Of a DNA stretch of 64,000 nucleotides, positions 24,570 to 37,575 are shown in pieces. The translations under genes and the position numbers were made by a program. The notes beneath the pieces are model-generated. The model searched no databases, had not been told where the DNA came from, and saw nothing but the letters and a program-made list of their open reading frames with translations. Source of the DNA: Octopus bimaculoides (lineage: Eukaryota); assembly GCF_001194135.2 (NCBI RefSeq), contig NC_069006.1, positions 16,633,134 to 16,697,133 of the forward strand. Direction: 5' to 3'. Each line of letters begins with the position of its first letter. Position 1 is the stretch's first letter.

Positions 24570-25044
24570 CTGTAAAGGAAAAAAAAATTATAAAGATATA
24601 AAGCACAGGCATGGTTGAGTGGTTAAGACGTTTGCTTCCCAACCACATGGTACTAGGTTCAGTCCTACTGCATGACACATTGGGCAAGTTTCTTCTGCTA
24701 TCGCCTTGTAAGTGGATTTGATATGCACACACAAAGTGTATCCTAGTTTTAGAACAAGTTCACCTTGTTCTGCATATCATAAAAGGGTTGACAACAGGAA
24801 GGGCATCTAACCATAAAACACTACCTCAGTAATCCTATCCAGCTCATACCTACATGGAAACCAGGCATAAGATAACAAAGGTGATTTTACATATCTACAT
24901 ATAGTTATGAAGCAGATGATTCAGAAATTTTCAACACCTGTGAATCTTCAGGCAACGAAAAGATAATTGAAGAAACCTAGTTTGTGATTTACAGAACCAC
25001 AGCAGCAGGAGTGGGGAAGAGAGTGGGCAAATGGTCCTATTTTC

Positions 25045-25365
25045 CTCATCATCATCATCATCGTCGTCGTTTAACGTCCGCTTTCCATGATAGCATGGGT
25101 TGGACGATTTGACTGAGGACTGGTGAAACCAGATGGCTACACCAGGCTCCAATCTGATCTGGCAAAGTTTCTACAGCTGGATGCCCTTCCTAACGTCAAC
25201 CACTCAGAGAGTGCAGAGGGTGCTTTTACGTGCCACCGGCACGAAGGCCAGTCAGGTGGTACGGGCAACGGCCACGCTCAAAATGGTGTATTTTATGTGC
25301 CACCCGCACAAGAGCCAGTCTAGGGGCACTGGCAATGATCTCGCTCGAAAGTCCTTACACATGCC
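25045..25365 (-). mobile_element. Short repeat matching the RTE LINE 3' UTR with (GAT)n tail
   Basis: catcatc..gtttaacgtccgctttccatg..ggatgcccttcctaa, shared with the LINE end at 60110-60350. Confidence 0.8.
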
Positions 25366-25567
25366 GCAGTCACTGTATATGTATCTGTGTGTATATATAC
25401 AAAGAGATATAATATATTATATGCCTGCATATAATTTTTTCCATCCTTTCATTGTTCTCTTATATTTTTAAGTACTAACTTCAGCAATACATACAGAAAA
25501 TATTAGCATGACCCCTGCACAAGGATCACCTGCAAATTCGTGAAGTGTCCCATGTTTTTCATTCATA

Positions 25568-25974
25568 GGTGCAGGTGTGGCTGTGTGGTAAGAAGCTTGC
25601 TTGCCAACTACATGGTTCCAGGTTCAGTTTCATTGTGTCGCAGCTTGGGCAAGTGTTTTCTACTGTAGCCTCAGGCTGACCAAAGCCTTGTGAGTGGATT
25701 TGGTAGAGGGAAAGTGAAAAAAGCCTGTAGCATATGTGTGTGTGTTATTTCTTTCCTACCCACAAGGGGCTACACACAGAGGGGACAAACAAGGACAGAC
25801 AAACGGATTAAGTCGATTATATCGACCCCAGTGCGTAACTGGTACTTATTTAATCGACCCCGAAAGGATGAAAGGCAAAGTCGACCTCGGCGGAATTTGA
25901 ACTCAGAACGTAGTGGCAGACGAAATACCGCTAAGCATTTCGCCCGGTGTGCTAACGTCTCTGCCAGCTCGCCG

Positions 25975-26021
<47 letters not shown>

Positions 26022-26222
26022 TGTGTTTGTCCCCCCACACTACCACATCACTGCCTGATAACCAGTGTTGGTGTGCTTATGTGCCCATAACCTAGTAGTT
26101 TGGCAAAAGAGACTGATAAAATAAGTACTGGGTTTTTAAAAAAAGTCCTGGAGTCAATTTGTACAGTTAAAACCCTTCAAGGCCAACATGGCCACAGTCA
26201 AATGACTGAAACCAGTAAAAGA
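25568..26222 (+). mobile_element. SINE family A interrupted by a SINE family B insertion
   Basis: Family A head at 25568-25740 and tail at 26015-26222. Confidence 0.8.
25755..25973 (-). mobile_element. SINE family B, full length and young-looking
   Basis: CpGs intact; very similar to 57703-57935. Confidence 0.88.
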
Positions 26223-26324
26223 TGAAGAAATAGATATTTTGTTAAAAATTTCTTCACAAGGAATCATTGGGAAAAATTTTCTTTACTTTAGGTGAGAACC
26301 ACAGAGAACACATAAACAACATAC

Positions 26325-26425
26325 CTTAACACAGAGTCAACTCCAGCCAACATTTGGTAAAAGACATGGAAAGTTGGCTCTCCTTCTGGTCGCCTTACCA
26401 GACGTGATTTCTCCAGCATTATAAT
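26325..26425 (-). CDS. MYO18A: Myosin-18 exon ([33 protein letters not shown])
   Basis: tttcag acceptor and GTATGT donor; 101 nt, phase 0/2. LEKSR..E..FH.FY motif. Confidence 0.96.
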
Positions 26426-26737
26426 CTGAAACAGTAGAAAACAAGAAAATGTTAGAGACAGGTAGTGAAGGAGGAAATACAGGAAAGAATATGAATTAAT
26501 ATATTGCAGTAGTTCCATGTGGGTGTATGTACATAGGTAGGTAGGTTCATACATAACATATCAAGGACTATCATCATTACTTTCACCTATTACTTGATAA
26601 GCCCCACTTACAACAGAGCTTATAAGTCCAGGATAAGAGGTGCCGACCATCAAAGATATCATCATGAAGGGGGAGTGGGTGTCATCATTGAATTTCAACA
26701 CACATCTAAAAGAAAGAAGTGACAAGAATAGAGAAAG

Positions 26738-26895
26738 CATGGCTTGGTAGTTAGGCTGTTGTACTCATGATTGCAAGATCATGGTTTCGATTCCTGGACC
26801 AGGTGGTGCATTGTATTCTTGAGCAAAACACTTCATTTCACCTTGCTCCAGTCTACTTAGCTGTAAATGAGGAACCCTGCAATGAACTGGCATCC
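26738..26895 (+). mobile_element. tRNA-headed SINE family D fragment
   Basis: tggcttggtagttagg..ggtttcgattcc head, then ttgagcaaaacacttcatttcac..gctgtaaatg. A similar copy lies at about 59455-59620. Confidence 0.65.
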
Positions 26896-26896
26896 A

Positions 26897-27240
26897 TTCA
26901 TCATCATCATCATCATCATCGTTTAACGTCCGCTTTCCATGCTAGCATGGGTTGGATGATTTGACTGAGGACTGGTGAAACCAGATGGCTACACCAGGCT
27001 CCAATCTAATTTGGCAGAGTTTCTACAGCTGGATGCCCTTCCTAACACCAACCACTCTGAGAGTGTAGTGGGTACTTTTACATGCCACCGGCATGAAGGC
27101 CAGTCAGGTGGTACGGGCAACGGCCAGGCTCAAAATGGTGTATTTTATGTGCCACCCGCACAAGAGCCAGTCCAGGGGCACTGGCAACGATCTCGCTCGA
27201 AACTCCTTACAGATGCCACGGGCACAAGTGCCAGAAGGTG
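26897..27240 (-). mobile_element. RTE 3' UTR-type short repeat
   Basis: Near-identical to 25045-25365. Confidence 0.8.
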
Positions 27241-27403
27241 CTTAATTGTGATCTCAGTTACTTATACAACATAGAAATTGACTAACCAGCCTTAGGATTC
27301 CTACAACTCAACACAGTTATGCTCAGGACACTTACTTATTAAAGCTGTGCTGTAGTATGTATGCATTCTAATGACTAAAAGAGAAAATGCCCAAACATCT
27401 TAC

Positions 27404-27546
27404 CTGGATTGTTATACCAGACACCTGTCCCGAAAAGTCAAAGTCTAAGGTGGTCAGCTTGGAAAACCTAGAAGCATTGGTATTGAGAATTGTGCGACTA
27501 TTGCCAAATGTTTCCAATAGGACATCCATGGAGTTTACTTTATCAA
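27404..27546 (-). CDS. MYO18A: Myosin-18 exon, switch I (DKVNSMDVLLETFGNSRTILNTNASRFSK...GITIQ)
   Basis: tttcag acceptor and GTAAGA donor; 143 nt, phase 1/0. Confidence 0.96.
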
Positions 27547-27651
27547 CTGAAACAAAGCACAAAACAAAATATATACTTCAATTTTTATTTCTGAACAAAG
27601 TCACAAGGTCAGAAACATTTGTAGAAAAAGAAAGAGGTATGGTCCATTACG

Positions 27652-28045
27652 TGGAGGCGCAATGGCCCAGTGGTTAGGGCAGCGGACTCGCGGTCATAGG
27701 ATCGCGGTTTTGATTCCAAGACCAGGCGTTGTGAGTGTTTATTGAGCGAAAACACCAAAAAGCTCCACGAGGCTCCAGCAGGGGATGGTGGCGAACCCTA
27801 CTGTACTCTTCCACCACAACTTTCTCTCACTCTTACTTCCTGTTTCTGTTGTGCCTGTAATTCAAAGGATCAGCCTTGCCACACACTGTGTCACGCTGAA
27901 TATCCCCGAGAACTACGTTAAGGGTACTCGTGTCTGTGGAGTGCTCAGCCACTTGCATGTTAATTTCACGAGCAGGCTGTTCCGCTGATCGGATCAACTG
28001 GAACCCTCGACGTCCTAAGCGACGGAGTGCCAACAACAACAACAA
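27652..28045 (+). mobile_element. tRNA-derived SINE family C, full length
   Basis: A-box tggcccagtgg, B-box ggttttgattcc, CpG-rich body, (CAA)n tail. Confidence 0.8.
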
Positions 28046-28397
28046 ATGGTTCATTACAGATATCAGTACATAGCTGGTACTTTATTTTATCACCCTTGGA
28101 AGGACAAAGTTGATTATTTTTCTACCTCCACCACAACCATTTCTAACCTCTCTTTTAAAATGTGATTGTCATGTAGCTCCTCTACAAGAGGTCTGTTCTA
28201 CTTATAGTAGAAAGAATTATTATTATCATTTCTAATTTTGGCACAAGGCCAGAAATTCTGAGAGGAGAGTAAGTTGAATACATTGCCCCCACTATTTGTC
28301 TTTTACTTTTATGAATTCCGGAGGGATAAAAGACAAAGTTGACATTGGCAAGATTTGAAGGTAATGAGTTGGAAGAAATGCCACTAGGCATATTCTT

Positions 28398-29085
28398 TTA
28401 CTCTTTTACTTGTTTCAGTCATTTGACTGCAGCCATGCTGGAGCACCGCCTTTAGTCGAGCAAATCGACCCCAGGACTTATTCTTTGTAAGCCTTGTACT
28501 TATTCTATCGGTCTCTTTTGCCGAACCGCTAAGTTACGGGAACATAAACACACCACCATCGGTTGTCAAGCAATGGNNNNNNNNNNNNNNNNNNNNNNNN
28601 NNNNNNNNNNNNNNNNNNNNNNNNNNNNNNNNNNNNNNNNNNNNNNNNNNNNNNNNNNNNNNNNNNNNNNNNNNNNNNNNNNNNNNNNNNNNNNNNNNNN
28701 NNNNNNNNNNNNNNNNNNNNNNNNNNNNNNNNNNNNNNNNNNNNNNNNNNNNNNNNNNNNNNNNNNNNNNNNNNNNNNNNNNNNNNNNNNNNNNNNNNNN
28801 NNNNNNNNNNNNNNNNNNNNNNNNNNNNNNNNNNNNNNNNNNNNNNNNNNNNNNNNNNNNNNNNNNNNNNNNNGGGGGGGGGGGGACAAACATATACACA
28901 CACATACATATATATACATATATACGACGGGCTTCTTTCAGTTTCCGTCTACCAAATCCACTCACAAGGCTTTGGTCGGCCCGAGGCTATAGTAGAAGAT
29001 ACTTGCCCAAGGTGTCACGCAGTGGGAATGCACCCGGAACCATGTGGTTGGTAAGCAAGCTACTTACCACACAGCCACTCCTGCG
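28398..29085 (-). mobile_element. SINE family A with a gap in its central microsatellite
   Basis: Family A tail and head flank the N-gap 28577-28873. Confidence 0.9.
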
Positions 29086-29390
29086 CTAACAATTTTGCCA
29101 GCTCTCCACCTAAATATTAATAATTCTTTCTGATTTTGGCACAAGGCAAGTCAATTATACTGGCCTCAGTACGTGACTGATACTTCACTTTATTAGTCCC
29201 AAAAGTGTGAAAGACAAAGTTGACCTCAGTAGTATTTGAACTCAGAACACAGACCTAGATGAAAAGGGACTAAGCATTTTATATGACCCTTAAAGATGAA
29301 AGGCAAAGTTGACCTCAATGGGATTTGAATTCAGAATGTTAAGTGATAGCACCAATGCTGAAAGGTATTTTTTTTCCACACTCTAACGTT
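29085..29390 (-). mobile_element. Tandem degenerate SINE family B copies
   Basis: gaaaggcaaagttgacc..tttgaactcaga motifs occur twice. Confidence 0.65.
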
Positions 29391-30090
29391 TCTAGGACAA
29401 CACCAAACCATAAACCCCCTTCAATATGATGCATTGTTAGACTAAAAAAACACAACTGTTTGACCCAAATATATATTTATTGGGTATATGCAGTCAAAAG
29501 AGGGAACACACCAACTGTCTTACATTAAAAATGTACACCCACACATATATAGTCATTATTACTATTTTACATACACAGTCTAATTAAAACAGTGACACAA
29601 CACAAAATAGGCTTCTGCTGTATGTGTGTGTCTGTATGTGTGTGTGTATGTGTATGTGTTTGTATACAGACACACACACACACACACACACACATACAAA
29701 CATACAAACATAAATACAAACACACAAACTCATAGACATGGCAAGAAAAAGGCACCGACATACAGAGAAACAGATAGATAGAAATATTCAAACAATTTGA
29801 AGCCAAGTGTGAATACATCCATTGTTCACTGTGATGTCCAGGTCAGCCTCACGGTGAAGGTGGGGGGGACAGTGTTAGAAAGGAATCCTATCATAACAAA
29901 AGACTTTTTTTTTTTGCATGATTAATGTGACACTGTGTCTACCAAACCCTAATTTTATTTTAAGAATGCAATCAGAGCAGAAATTTTGTATTAAGGGCAA
30001 ATCCAAGTTTGAAACCCTTGTGAATCTAGAAAAATTGTGGGGCTAGATTTATTACAACAATAACATCACCAAAGTGGGGAGCCTCTAAAT

Positions 30091-30415
30091 CAGGGATTCT
30101 CAACCATTTTTCATCTACGGACCCCTTTGATTGCTATTTTATTCTGGTGGATCCCCATAGTCAATGCTTAAAAACTAGTTTTATAGAAACTTCTTTCAAA
30201 ATTCCTGTTTTGTTTTTCACATATTCACTTTTGTAGGTTGAACTATGTAAAATGGTAGAGAAAGAAACCCAGCTGTTTCTTGCAATACATACCAATACAT
30301 ACATCTAAAGCAGGGCTCCAGAAAATACTATTGTAAACCCCAATTTGTTGCATGATCACCTGAAAATCTTGTAAGGACCCTCAGGGGCCATATGGACCCC
30401 AGTTGAGAACCACTG
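30091..30415. mobile_element. hAT (Charlie-type) MITE, 325 bp
   Basis: TIRs CAGGGATTCTCAAC and GTTGAGAACCACTG; perfect 8-bp TSD CTCTAAAT at 30083-30090 and 30416-30423. Confidence 0.92.
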
Positions 30416-30836
30416 CTCTAAATGATGGAGAAGCATGTTAGAAATAGCAGCAAAATGTACCTCAAAGCACACAGAACTGCATTTGAAAATGAAAACAGGA
30501 GACACTGAATACAGAATGTCATGAATAAAAGATGTAAAGGAAGGTCAGTCTTATCATAGCCACAAAAGGAACCTCTTCAATCATCAATCATAAATCTGCT
30601 GGATCAGTTCATTAAATGATTTTCAGAGAAAAATCACCCACAGCCAATCACAGACAGATCAACATACCCCGACACAATATCTAATGTGTTGGCACACACC
30701 TATACAAACAACCACAGAGCATCCAACACACACACACACACCAATCAACAAATACACTGCACCCCTCTCTCCCCCATGCCCATTAACATGAAATTCCACT
30801 GTGTGCCAGTCTGTCAACAAACAAAATTTTACTTAC

Positions 30837-31047
30837 TTGTGATAAAATTATTGACACTGCCCGATGCCAGGACAAAATACTGCAGAATGTGGTGGGCATT
30901 TGTAGTTTTGCCACTGCCACTACGGCCAATCAGGACGATAGACTGGTCAAGACGGCTACTCAGCATTTCACGGTGAGCATGCTGGGCCACTGAATAGATA
31001 TGAGGGGGCATGTCTTCCTGTTTACAACCTTTAAACATCTGGATAAC
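30837..31047 (-). CDS. MYO18A: Myosin-18 exon, P-loop (VIQMFKGCKQEDMPPHIY...QSIVLIGRSGSGKT...)
   Basis: ctccag acceptor and GTAAGT donor; 211 nt, phase 0/1. Confidence 0.97.
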
Positions 31048-31959
31048 CTGGAGAAAAATGAAAATTGTAAGCATTTGGAGAAGATGATCATGATGGTAGT
31101 GGCATCAATGATGACAGGAATGATGGTCGTGGGTGGTGATGACAGAAAAAGAACGGCATAATAATAATTTCTGTCAATTTTGATGGTAAACATTTAGTTT
31201 AGCAAAGCAGCTAAACATTTCACAGACATGTTTTACCTGAACCCTTTTGATGCCAATCCACTTAAGACCACCTCTGGTTCCACAATACAAACTTTATTTT
31301 TAAAAGTGACTTAAATTAAACCCATCAATATTTCAAATTAATTTATGTTCCAAACATTAGTTTAATAATGACAAAGTTATTTAACATTTTTTGTAATAAA
31401 CAGATACACTGGTTCAATTTCACTCCTTTATTGTTAGTCAGTTGGTTAGTTGCCTAACCAGCTAACTACTTGGCCATTTGTTTAATTTGTTGGTTAACCC
31501 ATAAACTGCTGGGATTTTGCTGTATGTAACACGAACTGCTGAGCCTATTTTGGGTAAAGATCAACATCGATCTATCACTCGAAAAAACTACTCAGTGTTT
31601 CTTAACACCTTCTGTGATTGGCTACACTGTTTCTGGGGTGAAAGGGTATCGTGTGCATACATTATACGTCATCAAAATTAGGTCAGATCATGCCCTACTT
31701 CCGTGGCCACGCACGTGGCTTGTCGCACTGTTGCGTTGGCCACTGAGGTGGCCTATCGCAGTTTATGGATTAAACAATCAATCAACTGTTTGTAAATGTC
31801 TTTTCATCACTATTCATGACCTCTTCATTGACATGTCCTCTCTCCTCCAGGTTTGCTCCAAGTCTGTCTGAGAATTAGTAATATGCCTATGTACCTGTAG
31901 GGATATAGAGGTGTGATCACTTACTAACCTGATTAAGTATATGGGTGACAAAAGCATAT

Positions 31960-32770
31960 CCTATTCTACCAGATATTTTAAACATCTCAGTGATAACGCT
32001 TGCAGGACCATCCCACCACCCCCATCTTCAATATCTTTGATTGTCTTATCTATCATACAGTTGTCAACTAGGATAGCTGGTCCCTCTGTTAGGTTAACAT
32101 AGAAGAGACTCCCTTTTTTCCATTCATTCTCCACATTTAATAGCCTTTCATAGCAGCCCTCCCATGTCTCTTTCTTTTCAGAATCACTAAGTGTAAGCAT
32201 ACCATTATCCATCCATACACACTTCTCTCCCACATCTTCTCTCTGATACACTGTCTAGCGGTCCTGAATACTCAGGTCTTTGATCTTGATGCTGTAAGAT
32301 GATATTGGCAAACCTCTTCCTTTCTGCTTCTGCCCCTGCTAGATAAACCTGTTACCAAGCTTCCCTTTTAGCTATCTGATACGGTTCTTTGTAATCCCCA
32401 CATTTTCACTCTTTCCAAGCTTGTCTCTGATTTTATGGTCATGTCAACCTTGCTGTTCCACCACATTACTCTTGGTCTAAACAGCTTTACTCAAGCCATA
32501 GATTTGGTCTCCATAGATTTACCCCATACGAACTTCCAGCTGTTTTCTACGTCAAATATTTCAATATCTTCCTCCTTATCAAATGCATCGTTTAGAACAT
32601 CTACAAATCTCTAGCCATTTGAAAGATCCTTGAGCTTCCATAACCTCCTTTTCCATATCAGTTTGTTCTCCGTGTCCTTCTAGCCCTAAGTCACTAACCA
32701 CTAACCTATGCTGAGTTGTACATTCTTCACCTGGGAAGAACTGCATTCACAAGCATTTATCTCGCCCTGT
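31960..32770 (-). mobile_element. RTE-like LINE ORF2 fragment (end of endonuclease and linker)
   Basis: Peptides FPGEECTTQHRLVVSD and WEGCYERLLNVENEW..EGPAI. Confidence 0.75.
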
Positions 32771-32784
32771 TTCTGGAATGAAGG

Positions 32785-32822
<38 letters not shown>

Positions 32823-33147
32823 AGGCTTGTTTTAGTCTCTGTATATGAAATCAACTCACAAGGCTTTAGGGCTACAGTAGAAGACACCTAAGATGCCACG
32901 CAGTGGAACTGAACCCTAAACTATGTGGTTGGAAAGCAAACTGCTTAACCGCACAGCCATTACTACACCTACATATATATGAAATATCATAACACACACA
33001 CTCCATAAAGATGCAAACAAACATGCACACACCTCTTGGACATACAAACATACATGCAGGTACAGATTCATACACCCATGGACATAAAGACCTAGATCCA
33101 CACATAAATACACATATGTGCAGACACAGATACACACACACACACAT

Positions 33148-33195
<48 letters not shown>

Positions 33196-34643
33196 CGTGT
33201 GTGTGAACTAAGTATTCCAGTTATGTGATGTGGACAACATATCAAATAACATCTCAGTAGGTGTGGTAGAGGCGTGTATTTATCTACATGTCTGCATTTG
33301 TGCTGTGTGTAAAATATTCCAGTAATGTGGTGCGGACAGCATATTAAATAACATCTAGATAGGTGAGATGTTGCGGCATGGTGGTAATGTTTATTTGTGT
33401 GGATGTGTGTGACAAAGGTGTATTATGAAGTCTACATGTATACACATATGCCTGTGTGTGTGTGTGTGTGTGTGTGTGTAGTTCATGTAAGTGTACACAG
33501 GGTGTGCATATAGATAGATCAGCGTGTGTGATGTCCATAGGTGTCTATCTATGTGAGTTTGTGACAGTATGTATGTTCATGTGTTTGTGTGAGAGCAGGA
33601 TGGAAATTTCAACAATGCTAATACTGAAATTCAGCAATGCACTGTTAAACCAACCTACCTTAAAAATTCAAGTGATATCATTTGGTATGATGAAATATCT
33701 CCATTTTTCCTTTCCTATATCTTACCTAATAATGATGGAAGATGCTAGAAATAGTACCCAAAATCTCACTTGTGTTACAGCCTAACATCTTAGAAAAATG
33801 GAAGGACACATTGGATAATGTGGTTCTAGTATCTACTGTCTGAATATGAAAGATGGTAAGGTATGCCTTTGACCATAGTTTTGGTTGGATTTTGGTAATC
33901 TGGGGCTAAACAGCTGTAGTAGTATCACCATTATGTACAGACTGACAAACATACATACGCAGGACATATAGAGACACACAAACTCTCCTTTGTTACTGTC
34001 ATTTATACAAAACAATAAAGAATAGCAAAGTGTGTGTAAACATGTTAACAGATGTATGTGTGTATAGATAAATGACGTAGATATGTGCACGTGCATAGAT
34101 ATACTGTGTGATGTGTGTGCATGTCTAATGTGTATATGAATGAATACATGTCATTATCATAATTTTTCTATGCTTGTTTGCACCGGTTAGATCTACTCTC
34201 CATCACCACCACCACCACCACCACCTACAGCATCTTAGCATTTGTCACACTTCTTTATTATTTCCTTTGTATGGTCTAGCATCCTGTAATCAACTACCAC
34301 CACTTCAGTTCATGTTTCTCTCTTATTCTTTGAAGCTTTTTTTCTACTTTAATCTCCGGGCACTTCTTTCTTCACCCAGCTTTTCTCACAACTGATTCAT
34401 GCCTCATAGTTCATGCAGGTTAATATTACACGTCCAGCAGTGCACTTTCACTTCTTTCTTTACAGCATTTGCACATCTTCTGCAGGAATATGGTTTCTTT
34501 ACATAGGTTCAGGTATGGCTGTATGGCTACAAAGCTCACTTTGCAACCACATGATTCCAGGTTCAGTCCTACTGCATGACATTTTGAATAAGTGTCTCCT
34601 AATATACTCCTGGTTCAACTAATGTGCAAAGTTGCTGACTTAC

Positions 34644-34820
34644 CTTTTCTGAATAAATGGACAATGGTACCATGGGATTGACTACAATCATAGTGGGTCC
34701 TGAATAACTGTGGACAAGGTTGCTGCCATACCGTTGTCGGATAACATGGAGAAGGCTGGTTTCATTGAGGTAACGAAGCATTGTTAAATCTTCTGTCTTG
34801 TCAAACTGCGGAGGATTTGA
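34644..34820 (-). CDS. MYO18A: Myosin-18 exon (SNPPQFDKTEDLTMLRYLNETSLLHVIRQRY...YSEK)
   Basis: cttcag acceptor and GTAAGT donor; 177 nt, phase 0/0. Confidence 0.97.
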
Positions 34821-35386
34821 CTGAAGGAAAAACAAAGATTTGACATTAGTCATTGAGAAAGATCAAATATGGAAACACTGCAGATTTAGGGAGTCAAACT
34901 GTGCTGGATTAAAATGGGGGACAAACAGAAATTATGCATTAATCCATGACAGAAGGTTTAACTATTGAAACATTGTAGAATTAGATAGATTTCACTGACA
35001 AGGAAAATGGGTGAGATATATCAAGGGAATTAGATACTTAAATATCTTCATCTCTAATAAAATAAGTTGATAAAGTTAGAAAATCAATCTATCAGATTTA
35101 AGAAATAATCAAAACAAATAGTGCCAGTGGTTCTAACTACTGTATTGACATAAAGGACATAGTGGCTATGGTGGTACAAAGTTCCATAGCTATTGAACTA
35201 ATATACAGAGTACAGTAGCTATTGAATTTTTTTAAACAACTGGTCCCCAACCCTACTGCCCCTAACAGTAGATATGTTGCTCCTTTCTCTCTCAAATTAG
35301 TCCTTATAAAGTTTCTACTGTCACACCACAACTGATCTTTAAAAAAGTCACTAATATCAATGATGTAATAAAAACATTTTTTTTAC

Positions 35387-35584
35387 CTTCTCAATGTCTT
35401 CTTCATCCACTTCAATAACCTCTCCACCATGATCCATTTTCACCTTGACTTTTCCATCAGGGAGGGGCGACATACCATTAGTTTTTAAAAGTGTGGCACC
35501 AGAAAATCCACCCTTATGGATCAGCCATATCTTATCCGACTCCAACCAAGCTTTCTCAGTTTTAACATCTTCTTCAGATTTTGT
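35387..35584 (-). CDS. MYO18A: Myosin-18 exon, SH3-like subdomain (TKSEEDVKTEKAWLESDKIWLIHKGGFS...VDEEDIEK)
   Basis: tttcag acceptor and GTAAAA donor; 198 nt, phase 0/0. Matches [22 protein letters not shown]. Confidence 0.96.
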
Positions 35585-35661
35585 CTGAAATTCAATTTGA
35601 AAATATTAAAATTATACAATATTTTTATGCAAGTAAAAGGGTTTTTTTTTTATTTTTATTT

Positions 35662-35702
<41 letters not shown>

Positions 35703-37271
35703 ATTTTCAGTTTTAAATACACAGTAAATTATTTTAAAAAAATTTTTTAATCTTATAAATACAAAATATTGTTTTAGATGAGTTCTTATTAATAAAATCT
35801 CGCATTTTCCAGACTTTTAGCCTCAACTTTAGGCTGTTTATAATATTTCATCTCAAATCATCATGAGGTATCTTATTTCTGAAGGTCTATTGTCCTAGAT
35901 AAGATTCAAGCCAGGAACCTTTATTTCTAAATGGAGGGAAATATATCTCCTTATCAACTATTGTATGCACCTGTATCCTGGTGGTTAAAATTGTCATTAA
36001 GAATAAAGATTCCAAGTCCTGAATCTGTTCTGGGACTGAATACGTATTCAAGAATAAGACATCTACTGACAAAAAATCAAAGTAATTGAAATATTGGATA
36101 GGTGTAAAAAAAAAATATTTTAAATATTTTCACATCAAAGAGTGTGATATACACTGTAGATGTTGCACACACCCTAAATATTGTGAATACACATTATAAC
36201 TATTGTAAATAAACACTCTACATATATGTTGTAAATAGTGTGTGTGCATGCATGCACACACACACACATATATGTACATGCAATATTCTATGTATACACT
36301 GTTAGGATTATATTAATATCAAAGAAAATAATAATCAAACAGTTCTGCTTTTAATATTTAGTGAACAAAAATAAAGAATTTAGAAATAATACACTTCTAA
36401 ATCTCTCAAAGAGATTTATGCAGTAGTGATACGATGAAGTAGTTGTATAAGGACACGGGAAATGTGTCAAGGCCGACAGGAAGTGGTGCAGCTTCCTAAG
36501 TCTAACCAACAGTAGTATTATTCCCTTCAGGGGAAAGTCACATTAAGTTGACAGCATACAGAAATAAAGAAATCCTAAATTTCAAAAAGATTCATTGAGA
36601 ACCATTTGTTACAGGTCACATAATTAATGTAACCTAGCAGAAAGAACCACAGTCATTGGTTCACTGATGTATATAAACTGGTCACATAATCAACACGAGT
36701 AATTTGTTGGTGTCAAGGTCAGTTTTCAGAATTGCAAACAATGATCAGATGGCGTCGTCATAAGCAAAGCAACATTGAACATCAACTCAGTTTTGAAATA
36801 CTGTCTTATTCACTAGATATCCAATAAAATGGGACCACAACACAATAGAAGCCAGTGAAATAATATGCACAAGTGCATTTGACCTACTAGATATAAAAGG
36901 TAAATTTCCTCAAATTACACCATATTGACTAAAATAAATAAATATATAAATAACACAAATGGTTAAAGATGGAATGCTTCTGATTATAAGTCTACTTTCA
37001 AGATCAGCCTATTTCTGATTTTTGTACATTTATTCATGGTCTACACGAATGTTATAGATCTTACATATAAAAATATCACCACATACTCCTTATGTATGTA
37101 AAAGTTTAACAAAAGACTACCTAAAAGCCATCAACTGTTTGATAGTCCACAAATAGTTGAAATTTGAAAAACTTTTAGGAAAGGCTAAAAGCTCAGAGAA
37201 TACCTCAGTAACCCATTTGATGCCAATTCCAGGATACTCAATCAAAGGTGAAACAGAAACTAAACAACATT

Positions 37272-37575
37272 CATCATCATCATCATTATCCTTGTTTAAT
37301 GTCCGCCTTCCATGCTAGCATGGGTTGGACGATTTGACTGAGGACTGGTGAAACCCGATGGCTACACCAGGCTCCAATCTGATTTGGCAGAGTTTCTACA
37401 GCTGAATGCCCTTCCTAACGCCAACCACTCAGAGAGTGTAATGGGTGCTTTTACGTGTCACCCGCACAAAGGCCAGTCAGGCGGTACTGGCAACGGCCAC
37501 GCTCAAAATGGTGTATTTTATGTGCCACCCGCACAAGAGCCAGTCGAGGGGCACTGGCAACGATCTCGCTCAAAC
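37272..37575 (-). mobile_element. RTE 3' UTR-type short repeat
   Basis: Near-identical to 25045-25365. Confidence 0.8.

Noticed and set aside
27652-27730. tRNA-like sequences at SINE heads
   Set aside because: They have A/B boxes but no complete cloverleaf, and they continue into SINE bodies. They are not tRNA genes.
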